Below, piece by piece: positions 48,891 through 62,269 of a stretch of DNA of 64,000 nucleotides (its first letter is position 1; each line of letters starts with the position of its first letter). Under the pieces are notes generated by a model. The model was not told the origin of the DNA. It worked only from the letters and a program-made list of their open reading frames with translations, and searched no databases. Source of the stretch: Macrostomum hystrix (taxonomy: Eukaryota > Animalia > Platyhelminthes); assembly GCA_950097015.1 (NCBI GenBank), contig CATNEN010000002.1, positions 4,836,001-4,900,000 on the forward strand. Direction: 5' to 3'. The translations under genes and the position numbers were made by a program.

Positions 48891-49889
48891 AGAGAACTTT
48901 CATGACTTACAGGGTGAGAGGATGTCCAAAGACATGTCCAGCCGACTTATGTACAGGGCACTGCCCAGGTGATTAAAAAGCTAAAAATGATAAGACAATG
49001 CAAAGACCTCAGGCAGTAGTTTCTGGGCCTGCACCTGTACAAGGTTTACATAAATTAATCGCAAGACAAAACGATTTTCCAACATCCCAAAATAATGTAG
49101 ACTTTCTTTCACCCTACTTGTAAGTAGGGTGAGTAAATTGCAAAGAAAAAATTATTAAACACACTTGGGAAATTCTTATAGAATGTTAAACTCTAGTACT
49201 TGAAAGTTTCAGTTGCGAATAGCATACTCGAGGCATTGCCAAGTGAATAGTGTCAAGCATTTGTACAAAATCCGATCAGCCAATAAGAACACTCGGCTGC
49301 TTAGTTTGACATTGCGGCGATCAACTAATACATTAGCTGACAGTAGTGTACTTATCAGTTATTAGATTCATAGGTCAAGCAGATTCAATATGAGTAATTA
49401 GTTTGGTCAAAATACAAATATAAGTTTTTCTATGAGTCTGCTCAAAAACCCAAGCGATAAGCTAAATTTTAACTGAATGAGCAGAAGAAAGACGCGCACT
49501 CAACAGGCACACAAGTTAAAAATTTACATTTGCGTAAAATACAACTCACCTACTTACAGTAGTGAGACGCAGCGAGAACATGTGTTTTGTAATAATAAGC
49601 TGAAAAGATCAAGCGATCCAGTGAAACGTGTTTTCAGGACCTGACAAACAATCATTTAAATATTTGATGAATTATTTAGCAAATTTCAGAAAGACTAAAT
49701 TATTAATTACAAATATAACTGAACCAGCAAACCGAAAACTGTGGTATTTCACTTCCGGGAACAATTAACAAAAACACATTTTTGGGATAATATTGGGATT
49801 ACAGACTTGGTTTCAAGACTACTATAATATTTAAATGAAAGTAGTATCAGAATTATAAAGTCTAGCCAAAGAGACTTGGGATTCTAGGC

Positions 49890-50165
49890 AAATAGCTAAG
49901 CTTCAGGCATAGATTAGCAATCCATTCTATTCCATTGTAAATAGCTAAGCTTCAGGCATAGATTAGCAATCCATTCTATTCCATTGTAAATAGCTAAGCT
50001 TCAGGCATAGATTAGCAATCCATTCTATTCAATTGTCAATAGCTACGCCTCAGAAATAGATTAGCAATCCATTTTATCCTATTGTCAATAGCTATAGTAA
50101 TCCATTTTATCCTATTGTCAATAGCTACTCTTCAGAAATAGATTAGTAATCCATTCTATTCAATT
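49890..50165. repeat. 49-nt tandem repeat (AATAGCTAAGCTTCAGGCATAGATTAGCAATCCATTCTATTCCATTGTA)
   Basis: 3 near-perfect plus degenerate copies, downstream of the WDR26 stop. Confidence 0.85.
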
Positions 50166-50319
50166 GTTAATAGCCAAGCTTGGGGAGAGATAAGCCAAGG
50201 AACTAACAAGCTAAAGATTATAACAAAGCAAGGGGCAGTTAAGCAGCTGCTAGCAATCGCATTGCTAACTCCCTAATAATCCCTGAAACATGAGTAGCTA
50301 GGCACCACACGCTCATGGC

Positions 50320-50920
50320 TCACGCCTGCCTTTTGCTGACAGTGCTGGAGCAGCAACCGTTTGAAAAGCTGCCACCACTGGAGCCATTGTCAGCAGCGGC
50401 AGCGGCAGTGGTGTCGCGGGCAGCAGCCACAGCGCTAGGCAGCCAGATCCGAACTGTGCAGTCATCACTAGCGGAAGCCAGCATGCCGTGAAGCCGTGGA
50501 TTCCAACTGACGCAGCTCACAACGCCACCGTGGCCGGAGAGTTTCTCGGGCAGCAGATGCTGCTGCTGCTGCTGCTGAGAGCTCCTGGCGCCTCGATGCC
50601 AGACGCACACTCGACCATCGTGGGATCCGCTGGCCACGAAGTCCTGGTTGAAGCCACCGAAGCAGGCGTGGAGCAGGAAGGTGCCGTGAGTGAAGCCATG
50701 CAGCCGGCGGTGGCAGAGCCGCAGGCGGAGGTCCCACAGGTGTACACCGGCTGAGGCGACGCACACGGCCAGCTGGGATTCGTCAGCGCTGATGCTCATG
50801 GACATGATGGGGCCCTCCTCGCGAAACAAAGTCTCATCCACCATGGAGTCGAAGCGGTAGCGCCTGACGCGGGAGAATGTGTCAGCGGCCAGAACTGCCG
50901 TGCCACCGTCTTCATCGCGT
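50320..50920 (-). CDS. WDR26: WDR26 exon 3 (WD40 repeats, stop)
   Basis: GVHLWDL...CFGGFNQDFVASGSHDGRVCVWHR...GHGGVVSCVSWNPRLHGMLASASDDCTVRIW matches the WDR26 C-terminus; total 584 aa. Confidence 0.9.
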
Positions 50921-51039
50921 CTGGAGATCAATGGAATGAAATGGGTCCTGTAACCTAGGATTGCTGCTGACATTGAATTAGTGCTATGGGCATTTGATGG
51001 ACTCACATCAAATAGTATGAGAAAGGAGAATGAAGGGAA

Positions 51040-51715
51040 ATGACCAATCAAAGGACAGGATGAAGGGTATTGACCAATCATAAGACAGGATGAAGGGTAA
51101 TGACCAATCATAAGACAGGATGAAGGGTAATGACCAATCATAAGACTGGATGAAGGGTATTGACCAATCATAAGACAGTATGAAGGGTAATGACCAATCA
51201 TAAGACAGGATGAAGGGTAATGACCAATTACAAGACAGGATTAAGGCTAATGACAAATCATAAGACAGAATGAAGGATAATGACCAATCAAAAGACAGGA
51301 TGAAGGGTAATGACCAATCATAAGACAGGATGAAGGGTAATGACAAATCATAAGACAGGATGAAGGGTATTGACCAATCATAAGACAGGATGAAGGGTAA
51401 TGACCAATCATAAGACTGGATGAAGGGTATTGACCAATCATAAGACAGTATGAAGGGTAATGACCAATCATAAGACAGAATGAAGGATAATGACCAATCA
51501 TAAGACAGGATTAAGGCTAATGACCAATCATAAGACAGGATGAAGGGTAATGACCAATCATAAGACAGGATGAAGGGTAATGACCAATTACAGGACAGGA
51601 TGAAGGGTAATGACCAATAACAAGACAGGATGAAAGGTAATGACCAATTACAAGACAGGATGAAGGGTAATGACCAATAACAAGACAGGATTAAGGATAA
51701 TGACCAATCATAAGG
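51040..51715. repeat. 30-nt minisatellite (GATGAAGGGTAATGACCAATCATAAGACAG)n filling WDR26 intron 2
   Basis: About 22 copies. Confidence 0.95.
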
Positions 51716-51824
51716 CGCGATGAAGAAAATCTTAAACTAGAAGACAGAGCAACAAGGGAATAGTAGAAATTTGATTAAAAAAAATAGCGGAAAAAATAAA
51801 CCAGGTAAAATAAATCACACGCAC

Positions 51825-52384
51825 CTGGTTGCCAGGGCAACCACTCGAATATAATCCCAAGCCTTCTCAAAGCCGAAGTCCACAGAGCACAGATAGAAGT
51901 GTCCCCGATTGCCGCCCACAACAAAATGGTTCGAATCCGGCAGCCAGGCAGCCGTGGTCAGCGAGTCCTCGTCTCTGTGCTTCAGCTTTTTGATGCAGTC
52001 GCCTGTGTCGGCGTCCCAGACAATCACCTCGGTGGCATCCTCGGCGGCGCAGGCGAGGAGTAGGCGACTGTCGGGTGACCAGGCCAGCCAGGCCACACCG
52101 CTGCGCTCCTCTGCGATCTTCAACGCCGGCAGCTGCTGCCGGACCCGCGGAGGTCCAACCGGAGGCGTTTCAACCTGCCACAGGTGGACAACGCAGTCCC
52201 TGCCACCGGTGGCAAGCTTGCTACCGTCTGGCGAGAATTGGCACACGTGAACCTCGTCCTGGTGAGAGTCGAGCACCTGACTGCACACTGAGGGCAAGGT
52301 GGCAGCTGAGGGACAGGTGTGATCTGCTAGCAATGTCAGCTGGTCAGGTGACAGGCTTGTGTTGTGATGCCGGCAACGGGCAAC
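51825..52384 (-). CDS. WDR26: WDR26 exon 2 (WD40 repeats)
   Basis: QVLDSHQDEVHVCQFSPDGSKLATGGRD, AWSPDSRLLLAC; acceptor ATTCAG, donor AG|GTGCGT. Confidence 0.88.
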
Positions 52385-52514
52385 CTGAATGAATAGGGTG
52401 GATGGCCATTGTACTTTAACTGCATTACATACTATTGGCGAGATCCCATTCATTTCTAATTAGACATATATTCACTCTACTATTACCTAGTAAGATCCTA
52501 ATGGTTTACAAAAA

Positions 52515-52975
52515 GGAAATATTCCACTGATTTCTGAATAGAAATATTTTATAGATTTCTAAATAAAAATATCCCATCGATTTCCTAATAGAAATATCCC
52601 ACCAATTTCCTAACAGAATAATTCCATAGATTTCCTAATACAAATATATTCCATCAATTCCGTAATAAAAAAATCCCATAGATTTCTAAATAAAAAACCC
52701 CATAGATTAAAAAAAAATCCCACCGATTTCCTAATAGAAATATCCCGTCTATTTCTTAATAGAAAAATCCCATAGATTTCCTAATAGAAAAATCCCATAG
52801 ATTTCTTAATAGAAAAATCCCATAGATTTCCTAATAGAAAATCCCATCGATTTCCTAATAGAAATATCACATCGATTTCTGAATCGAAATATCCTATGGA
52901 ATATAAACACTAATATCCCACCGAATCTTTTAAATAGAAATATCCCATCCATCTTTAAGTCGAAGATAAATATCC
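52515..52975. repeat. Degenerate ~25-nt AT-rich repeat (AAATATCCCATAGATTTCCTAATAG) in WDR26 intron 1
   Basis: Direct inspection. Confidence 0.8.
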
Positions 52976-53089
52976 CATTGATTTTAAAAGATAAAAATCA
53001 CATAGATTTCTTTTGAATATCCAATCCTTCTACATCCCATGGATTTCTAGAATGCCGGATCCCCAACAGAGATGCTGCAGCGCAGTCAC

Positions 53090-53683
53090 CTGGGCGCGCA
53101 CGGCTTGATCCAGCAGCGCGGTCAGCCGCTTGGGAGGCAGCATAACGCTGGGCGGAAAAAACTGCTCCAGCGAGTCCAGCAGGTCCTGGCGAGTGCCGGC
53201 CGCGGCGCCGGACCAACCGCTGAGCTGCCGCAGCTCCTCGGGTCCTGAGCACATGATCAGGCCGCTGAGACGGTGGACCCGTTCTGGACTGAACTGCAGC
53301 GGGGTTAGCTTGCTGCGCAGTACGCACAGAGCTGCAATATGGGCACCGGACTCGAGCAGTTCTAGGTACCGCTGCTCTGCCAAGCGGAAGGCAATCTCAG
53401 TCCAGGTGGACTCGCGCCACAGGGCTCGCCTGAGGCTGGCCAGGCTGGCTTCGGCCAAGTCCCAGTCGCCGAGGAGGACGCTGCGACGGAACTGGGCGGC
53501 GGAGCCGCTCTCCAGCGGGCAGGCAGCTTCCACTACCAGAGCCTCTGCACTTTTAGCTAGGCCGAGTTCACGCAAGTATTGACCAATGACGCGAACTGCT
53601 TCACGATGCCGCTCAGTCAGCTGTATGGGAAGCTGCTGCTGCTTATCAGTGGCCGCTGAGCCATTCAAACTGCCATTCTCCAT
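53090..53683 (-). CDS. WDR26: WD repeat-containing protein 26 (CTLH/GID complex), exon 1 (LisH-CTLH)
   Basis: EAVRVIGQYLRELGL (LisH), QFRRSVLLGDWDLA (CTLH), MLPPKRLTALLDQA; donor CAG|GTGACT. Confidence 0.88.
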
Positions 53684-56600
53684 CTTATTGGTATTTTGTC
53701 TCGTGTCACACTGGCGCACCAATAGCAGTGTGATATACTAGCGATATTAAAGCCTTGTTACTGAATTTATAGCTAGCTTTCGGTTCAGATGAGTGACAAT
53801 ATAAAAAGCTGGGAAAGGACAGTTGAAGTAATCTCAATTTAACGAAAATCATTCAGCAACAAAAAAGAAGTGAAGACATTTGAATTGAATTGTGCTAAAA
53901 CATAATATGACTCCATATTGTAACTTATTAGAAATATAATACTAGGAAAACTATGAGTTCTAATCTTTATGATAGTTATTGCAGTATTTTAACAATTACA
54001 AACAATATTAAATATTAAACTCAAAGCTATAATCTTAGGTTTTTATGATACCTGATTACTAGGTAAGCATATCAATTTAAAAATGATTAACTTATTTAAT
54101 AATACCTAAAACTAATAATACCTGTTTATTAATACCTATAATACCTAAAACTTAAAGTTCTTTACCATGGTAAGCTATAATGGTTTTTTAATACTGCTGT
54201 GTGTATAAATATAAACCTGTTTTTAGTCAAGCTTGATATTTATTAAGAAATTTAGCTTGAAGTAGAAATGGCTAAAAAGCAGAAAAATAGCCAAGCAAAG
54301 ACATTTAATCAGCTTCCCTAGTTTTCATATCTCTAATCGGTTTGAAGCTAGTAATTAGCTAATTGAGAGTTAGTAAAAAATATTGTGATTAAAAAAGCAA
54401 ACAATCAGTTACGTCTTAAAATATATCAGTTTGTTTTTGTTTTTCAATCTATACTGTCTAGCTATGGTAGATAGATACATATATAGCTAGGCCTAGCATA
54501 GCAAATTGATATAGATTTGAAAAGAAAAAAGATGACAGAAAAAAACAAAAATTGTGAGTCTTGACAGAAACAAGACCCTAATAGATCATTAGCAATAAAC
54601 ATTAGATTAGAAAATAAAGGCTAGCTACTGTAAGGTTAAAAAGAAAATAACTCAAATCTCACCATTTTATTACTGGACCCCCATGTGCTTTGCCTTTAGT
54701 ATTAAGATTAAATGAAAAAGGTGTGCTTTTGCCTATTGTAGGCCTAACCAAAATTTTTGTTTTATATAGCTATTTTAAATGTATATGCAAATGTTTATTA
54801 TGTAGAAATTAAGCTAAATTATATCATTAAAGCCAAAAATTTAAAAGTGGCCCAGATGTATGCATAGATGGTCAAATGTTTTATAGAGAAATTCTTGTTG
54901 TCTTATTGCATATAATTCAATTTAAATTTTTGATAAAAGTGAAAGCTTTAGTCTTGAATCAAAACATAATAATATGCATACACAGTAGGCCTAATATACT
55001 ACAATAAATGTATATATACAATGTAAAAGGCAGCCATAATTTAGGTGTGTACCTAAGCTATCAATCAAATAATATGCAAGAGACACATGCATTTGTGGGA
55101 TCTGGGTATTATGAGTTTAAAATGTACAATGGTAACAAAGAAGGACATTTAAATGGAGCCTAGACCTAGACATAGTACAATTATCAGAACAAAATAATAG
55201 GCCTATAGCATAGCACAAGATCGCTAAGTATTTACTGTCAAAAGAATTTTCTTGACAACTACTAGGCCTAGCTATGACTAGGGGCCTATGTCTAGTAGAG
55301 CAGCTAGGCTTTTCTAACAAGGGGCCAGGGGGCTGGGGGCAGAGGGGTTGACCAAAGGTGAATTATTCAATCATGAAAATTTGCTTATTATATATTGGGT
55401 CCTGCTGCAAAAAAGGGTGGTCACCCGTGCCCCTCCCCAGTTGCTCCAGTGGCTGTCACCTGTCTGACATATGTAGGCCTAGGCCTAGTCATCTCATGGC
55501 TTGCTTAGCTGATTAACAGCTGTTCACTGTTGTGTGCATTTAAGATTTAAGAAAGACTAGGCCTAATACATATATTATTAGAGACACATATCTCATGTCT
55601 ATTATGTTTCAGCTTATGGGCAGGGCAGCCAAGCCCCTAGGGCAAAGTGTGGCATAATTTGATTGGTCAAAATAATAGACCACTTTTGAAAAATAAATAA
55701 ATGAGTAAACTTGACCATGAACTTTTGTTTCTAAAAAAAGTACATGGGAAAAAACATTTTTTCTTTTTGGCTAGAGCGAGGACAAAAGCAAAAACATATT
55801 TCCGTGAAAAATAGTAAGCTAAGTGTATAGGCCTATGGGCAAGGGCTACATTTGGAACACCTAAAAATTAGCTTTATTAAATTTCATTTCATATAGATTA
55901 TAGGCACCTGTATATAAATTTGCTGTTCCCATCACTGTACGCCTGCTGGAATTTCGCTGGGCACAGGTAAGCTTCCAACAAAATAAGTATTTGAAAAAAC
56001 ATATACCTACGTGTATTTTATCCCTTTAACGGTTACCATTTAAATTGAGAAAAAGCTGTGCAATAGAAATCCAGCTGATTGTTGATTTTTAAACAAAATA
56101 TCATTGATAACTTTAAGTTCCTGTATCGTAACAAAAAATAGCTGTACTTAAAAAAATCGCTGGTATCATAAATAACGAATAAGTTATTTGTTTATCCGCA
56201 AGCGATAATGCTACTATGTGTTATACTCTTTTCAGCTGCAGGTTTTTGAAAACGTTAGAATTGTTCGAAGAAAGTTCACATTAGTCATTCGTCAGTCATG
56301 CATGCCTGCAGGTAAGCAATGTAAAACTTCGAATTGTGCAGTTATGTATATCGAAAAATTCATGTTTAGTGACTGTCAGCCATAAAACCTAGATAAACGT
56401 AAAAAATGAACTAAACATGTAGTTTATTAACTTAAACATATATAAAATTAAGAAGTCTCAGATTACATATGACTAAATTACATAGTACACTCTAGATTCT
56501 ACACCAAAGTCAAGCCTGAAGATTCGATTCAGGAGATATATTTTCTGGAATGAATATAATTTATAAAAATAGCTAATTAAATTTATTAGCTAAGCATTTT

Positions 56601-57995
56601 ATTGATGTGCCAAGTTGTGGTTGTAAATAACTAGCACACTAGCAGCCCTATTTCTATTTCCAGTTAGGGCCTACATATATTTGTTGTTTTTTATTTAGTG
56701 AGAATAAGTTATTAGGACATCTATTATATGTAATTGACAGTAGCTACCTGAGTGTTAGGTACTGAAACTTACTACATAATTTGTAGCCAGTTTTTGAATG
56801 GCGTTTACTTCAAAAGATCATGATTCATATGATTGTTGTACTCTTATTTTTGTTAATTTTTTATCTGCAATGGCAAGACCTTGGCCTTCTTTGTTAGTAT
56901 TTTAAGGTTAATAATAATTAGCTGGATTGTAACTGCACACTAGCCAAGACACTCAATAAATCAGGTGTTTTATTAATGAATAATTGCTTGGCGTGTAACA
57001 ATTAGCTATATATTCATACTTTGATTTGTTTAATAATGAAAAAATGTATTCAATTACTCAGCCGCCATAAAATAAAATAATATACTATATATTTTTTAAT
57101 ATTAGCTATTAAGGCAGATTGCTATCATGCAAATAAACAGAGGCTAATTGACTATTATATCTAGAATAGCCATAGTCCTTAGGAAAGAATTAGCAATTGT
57201 TAAACTTGATTTTTTCAATTATTTAAGTATTTTGAAAACTTTTGTATTTAATGTAATAATGTTTCTTGTAGTTTAATTGTCTCTTGATGTTTGATATTTG
57301 GCTGAGACAAAAAGCCTGTTTGAACAATCCAATAGTGTAAATTTATGAAAAGTTACTAAAACTGAAAAATAAACAATAAAAGCATATTTAAACTCTCCTC
57401 AATACCATTCATTCAAGTAAATATATATTTTATGTCAAGTTATCTCAAGTTTCAGTAAATGACATTTTAACCAGTCAATGGAAACAAATCTAAAATGCCA
57501 AAAAGATATATAAATTTAAAGGATGGAATCATAGCTCATAGTTTACTGTCACGAGAGCTTTAGGTCAATAAAACAAACCTAAACTCAAAAGGAAGGTATT
57601 TTTTCTTTATCTAGTCAATTAGGACAGTTAATTTGAAATTTTGAATTTAACCTGCTCTTAAATAACTAACTGGCATTTACTTAGGTAGAAATCTGTTTTT
57701 ATGTAAAGTCCCCTCTAATCTATTGACTCTTTAAATGTGCTGTTCAACAGTAGCCCATTGCTGTATTGTTGTAACTAAGATCTGAGTTGATAGTCAAGCA
57801 ACCTAATGTGTAATAGATTCAGTAAAAATGATAGCTAGTTGAAAACAATGAAGCGCTTTAAAGAAACAAATTGTATTTAATGTATTGAACAATCTTCTTA
57901 CTCATCTATTTGACTTGCAGTCTAACTTCAGCAACAGCTCCAGCGGTTTCGCTCGCTCGACGTTTGCGCAGCAGACCAAAAATTCCAGCCTGACA

Positions 57996-58361
57996 ATGGC
58001 CTCGCCTCCTGGACCAGGCGGACCACAGACTATGCCCGCGATTAATGCCACTTCCATGACATCCACGCCGGCCACATCCCAACAGCCCCCGCTGCCGCCG
58101 AGTCCCCAGCTGCAGTTGAATCGGCTAGTTGTTGAAGCTCGACGGTCTGCGTTTTCTGTTAGCAGCGGCGACAATCTGGCGCCAATTGCCGACGCCGCTA
58201 TTCGCTATGTTCGCCAGCACATCGACCGGCTGACTGTTGGCGAGCGAATCAGCGTGCCGGAGTCGGATTCTCTGCACAGTGAGATTGTGGCATTGACCTT
58301 TGTTGACCTCACGGATAAGCTCACTGGCAGACGGCTTCGGGTTCGAGATTGTCAGTTCGAG
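57996..58361 (+). CDS. TRIP13: Pachytene checkpoint protein 2 homolog (TRIP13/PCH2 AAA+ ATPase), coding exon 1
   Basis: ATG 57996 follows acceptor TTGCAG (57920); LVVEARRS N-terminal domain; donor GAG|GTGAGT. Confidence 0.8.
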
Positions 58362-58414
58362 GTGAGTTAATAATTTATAACTGTTTATCCGCTCTCAGAT
58401 CTGCCCTAAATTCT

Positions 58415-58885
58415 TCCGCTGACCTGCAATCAGCTGTCTTTAAGGTTACCGCTGACCTCCAATCAGCTGACTTCAAGTCCTACCGCTGACCTCCAATCAG
58501 CTGTCTTCAAGTCCTACCGCTGACCTCCAATCAGCTGTCTTTAAGGTTACCGCTGACCTCCAATCAGCTGACTTCAAGTCCTACCACTGACCTGCAATCA
58601 GCTGTCTTTAAGTCCTACCGCTGACCTGCAATCAGCTGTCTTTAAGTCCGACCGCTGACCTCCAATCAGCTGTCTTCAAGTCCTACCGCTGACCTCCAAT
58701 CAGCTGTCTTCAAGTCCTACCGCTGACCTCCAATCAGCTGTCTTTAAGGTCTACCGCTGACCTCCAATCAGCTGTCTTTAAGGTCTACCGCTGACCTCCA
58801 ATCAGCTGTCTTTAAGGTCTACCGCTGACCTCCAATCAGCTGTCTTTAAGTCCTACCGCTGACCTCCAATCAGCTGTCTTTAAGT
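58415..58885. repeat. 34-nt minisatellite (CCGCTGACCTCCAATCAGCTGTCTTTAAGGTCTA)n in TRIP13 intron
   Basis: About 14 copies. Confidence 0.95.
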
Positions 58886-58955
58886 CCTTCAACTGACATG
58901 CTCAGAGAGCCGTCTTCAAGTACTTCAGCCTAGCCGCCAACCCCGACCATTCCAG

Positions 58956-59278
58956 GTGGCTCTGTACCAGCTGTGCGAGGAGGACCAGCCGGCCACTGAG
59001 CGCATCAATCACGACGGCGAGGACGTCTCGGCCGCCGCCACCCTCGTCCTGCCGTCAGCCAGCCTTGAAGGCATCTGGGAGAGCCTGATCTTCCCCGCCG
59101 ACGTGAAGCCGCGCCTGCTAGGCTACGCTCACTCAACCCTGCGATTCGCTGACGCTGGCGTGGACCCGGCTGTGGTGAACTGCAACCGCCTCATCCTGCT
59201 GCATGGCGAGCCCGGAACTGGCAAGACCAGCCTGTGTCGCGCCCTCGCTCACAAGCTCAGCATTCACATGGCAGACAG
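58956..59278 (+). CDS. TRIP13: TRIP13 exon 2 (Walker A)
   Basis: LPSASLEGIWESLIF...NRLILLHGEPGTGKTSLCRALAHKL. Confidence 0.92.
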
Positions 59279-59284
59279 GTGAGC

Positions 59285-59405
59285 GGCTGTCTGTCTGTCT
59301 GTCTATCTAGCTGTCTGTCTGTCTGTCTGTCCTGTCTGACTGTCTGTCCTGTGTGTCTGTCTGTCTGTCTGTCTGTCCTGGATGTCTGTCTATCTCTCTG
59401 TCTGT
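59285..59405. repeat. (CTGT)n microsatellite in TRIP13 intron
   Basis: Direct inspection. Confidence 0.85.
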
Positions 59406-59474
59406 AGATAAATTCTCAGTTTCTAACAATAGCCTGTTGGAATGTAGATTATTCCTCTATATTTCCTTAATTAG

Positions 59475-59801
59475 ATACGACTACGGCTGTCTAATGGAGG
59501 TGAACAGTCACAGCCTGTTCTCAAAGTGGTTCTCAGAGAGCGGCAAGCTGGTCCAGAAGATGTTTGACAAACTGCGCGAGCACCTGGCCGACGAGCGCTG
59601 CCTCGTGTTTGTCCTGGTTGACGAAGTCGAAAGCCTCAGCGCCGCTCGCCAGGCCTGCCTGTCTGGCAGCGACCCCAGCGACTCCATCCGGGTGGTGAAT
59701 GCGCTCTTGACTCAGCTGGATTCTGTGAAGCGCTGGCCAAATGTACTCGTCCTCACCACTAGCAACATCACCGGCGCTATCGATGAGGCTTTTCTGGACC
59801 G
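59475..59801 (+). CDS. TRIP13: TRIP13 exon 3 (Walker B)
   Basis: [19 protein letters not shown]...VLVDEVESL...[12 protein letters not shown]...IDEAFLDR. Confidence 0.92.
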
Positions 59802-59814
59802 GTGAGAGGACATG

Positions 59815-61480
59815 CGATCAGATTCATTAGCTCAGATTCATTAGCTCAGATTCATTAGCTCAGATTCATTAGCTCAGATTCATTAGCTCAGATTCGTTAG
59901 CTCAGATTCATTAGCTCAGATTCATTAGTTCAGATTCATTAGCTCAGATTCATTAGCTCAGATTCATTAGCTCAGATTCGTTAGCTCAGATTCGTTAGCT
60001 CAGATTCGCTCGCTCAGAGACTCACCAGCTCAGAGACTCACCAGCTCAGAGACTCACCAGCTCAGAGACTCACCAGCTCACAGACTTACCAGCTCAGAGA
60101 CTCACCAGCTCAGAGACACACCAGCTCACAGACTCACCAGCTCAGAGACTCACCAGCTCAGAGACTCACCAGCTCAGAGACTCACCAGCTCAGAGACTCA
60201 CCAGCTCAGAGACACACCAGCTCAGAGACTCACCAGCTCACAGACTTACCAGCTCAGAGACTCACCAGCTCAGAGACACACCAGCTCACAGACTCACCAG
60301 CTCAGAGACTCACCAGCTCAGAGACTCACCAGCTCACAGACTCACCAGCTCACAGACTCACCAGCTCACCAGCTCAGAGACTCACCAGCTCAGAGACTCA
60401 CCAGCTCAGAGACTCACCAGCTCACAGACTTACCAGCTCAGAGACTCACCAGCTCAGAGACTCACCAGCTCAGAGACTCACCAGCTCAGAGACTCACCAG
60501 CTCAGAGACTCACCAGCTCAGAGACACACCAGCTCACAGACTCACCAGCTCAGAGACTCACCAGCTCAGAGACTCACCAGCTCACAGACTCACCAGCTCA
60601 CAGACTCACCAGCTCACCAGCTCAGAGACTCACCAGCTCAGAGACTCACCAGCTCAGAGACTCACCAGCTCACAGACTTACCAGCTCAGAGACTCACCAG
60701 CTCAGAGACTCACCAGCTCAGAGACTCACCAGCTCAGAGACTCACCAGCTCAGAGACACACCAGCTCAGAGACTCACCAGCTCAGAGACTCACCAGCTCA
60801 CAGACTCACCAGCTCAGAGACTCACCAGCTCAGAGACTCACCAGCTCACAGACTCACCAGCTCACAGACTCACCAGCTAACCAGCTCAGAGACTCACCAG
60901 CTCAGAGACTCACCAGCTCACAGACTTACCAGCTCAGAGACTCACCAGCTCAGAGACTCACCAGCTCACAGACTCACCAGCTCACCAGCTCAGAGACTCA
61001 CCAGCTCAGAGACACACCAGCTCACAGACTCACCAGCTCAGAGACTCACCAGCTCAGAGACTCACCAGCTCACAGACTCACCAGCTCACAGACTCACCAG
61101 CTCACCAGCTCAGAGACTCACCAGCTCACAGACTCACCAGCTCACAGACTCACCAGCTCAGAGACTCACCAGCTCACAGACTCACCAGCTCACAGACTCA
61201 CCAGCTCACAGACTCACCAGCTCAGAGACTCACCAGCTCACAGACTCACCAGCTCACAGACTCACCAGCTCACAGACTCACCAGCTCACAGACTCACCAG
61301 CTCAGAGACTCACCAGCTCACAGACTCACCAGCTCACAGACTCACCAGCTCACAGACTCACCAGCTCAGAGACTCACCAGCTCACAGACTCACCAGCTCA
61401 GAGACTCACCAGCTCACAGACTCACCAGCTCACAGACTCACCAGCTCACAAACTCACCAGCTCAGAGACTCACCAGCTCA
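59815..61480. repeat. Compound array filling the last TRIP13 intron: 14-nt (AGCTCAGATTCATT)n then 16-nt (CCAGCTCAGAGACTCA)n
   Basis: Direct inspection; switch near 60008. Confidence 0.97.
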
Positions 61481-61495
61481 GCTAAAACATTGCAG

Positions 61496-61931
61496 CTGCG
61501 ACCTGTGCATGCACATCGGTCTGCCGGATGAGCCGGCTGTGTACGAGATTCTGGCGAGCTGCATTCGCGAATTGCTCCGGTCCGGCATCATTGCTGCCAG
61601 CGAGGCGCCCGCCATCTACGCCTACACTGAGCTCAACCTGCTCGGCGGCGCTGCCTCGGAGCGGCTGGCTCACAATGACACATTCCGCTGCAGCTTCCGC
61701 CTGCTCAGTCTGGCCAGGGCTTGTCGCGGCCTGAGCGGTCGTCGATTGCGCAAATTGCCCCTGTTGGCGCACGCCTTCAATCTGGCCGATTGTAGAAGAT
61801 TCAATTGCGAGACTGGCGGTGAAGTGACGTTGGATCCGTTTCTTGTTGCCATGGAAACCGCTGCTACGGCCTCGCTTACTAGTACTAATAGTGTTGGCGA
61901 AGTGGCCTGCGTTAACGGAAGAGGAAATTAA
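61496..61931 (+). CDS. TRIP13: TRIP13 exon 4 (small AAA domain, stop)
   Basis: R|CDLCMHIGLP...GLSGRRLRKLPLLAHA; phases match; total 483 aa. Confidence 0.88.
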
Positions 61932-62269
61932 CGATATTTTTGGTTTGTTGGAAAGTGCTCTGATTGTGTTATCGGTTGCCATAATTTTTTATTTATGGTC
62001 TGTTAAAATACGAGTAGTGCAGCTGTTCTTTTGTTGCTCAGTTGTCATACATTTAAAGGGTTTTATTGCGAGTTAATTTCTCCCTACGTGAATATCTTCT
62101 CATTTTATTAATAAAAATTTTAACTCGAAAGAATTTAGTAGCGCTGCTACTCTATTGGTTGAAGATAAAGGCAGCGAAATAACTGGATCCTAAAAAGCAA
62201 TGCTTCAAAGAAGCCACCATTTTTTTGTTTTCTATCACTCCAATGTGATTCTAAGCCTGCCCCTTGATC

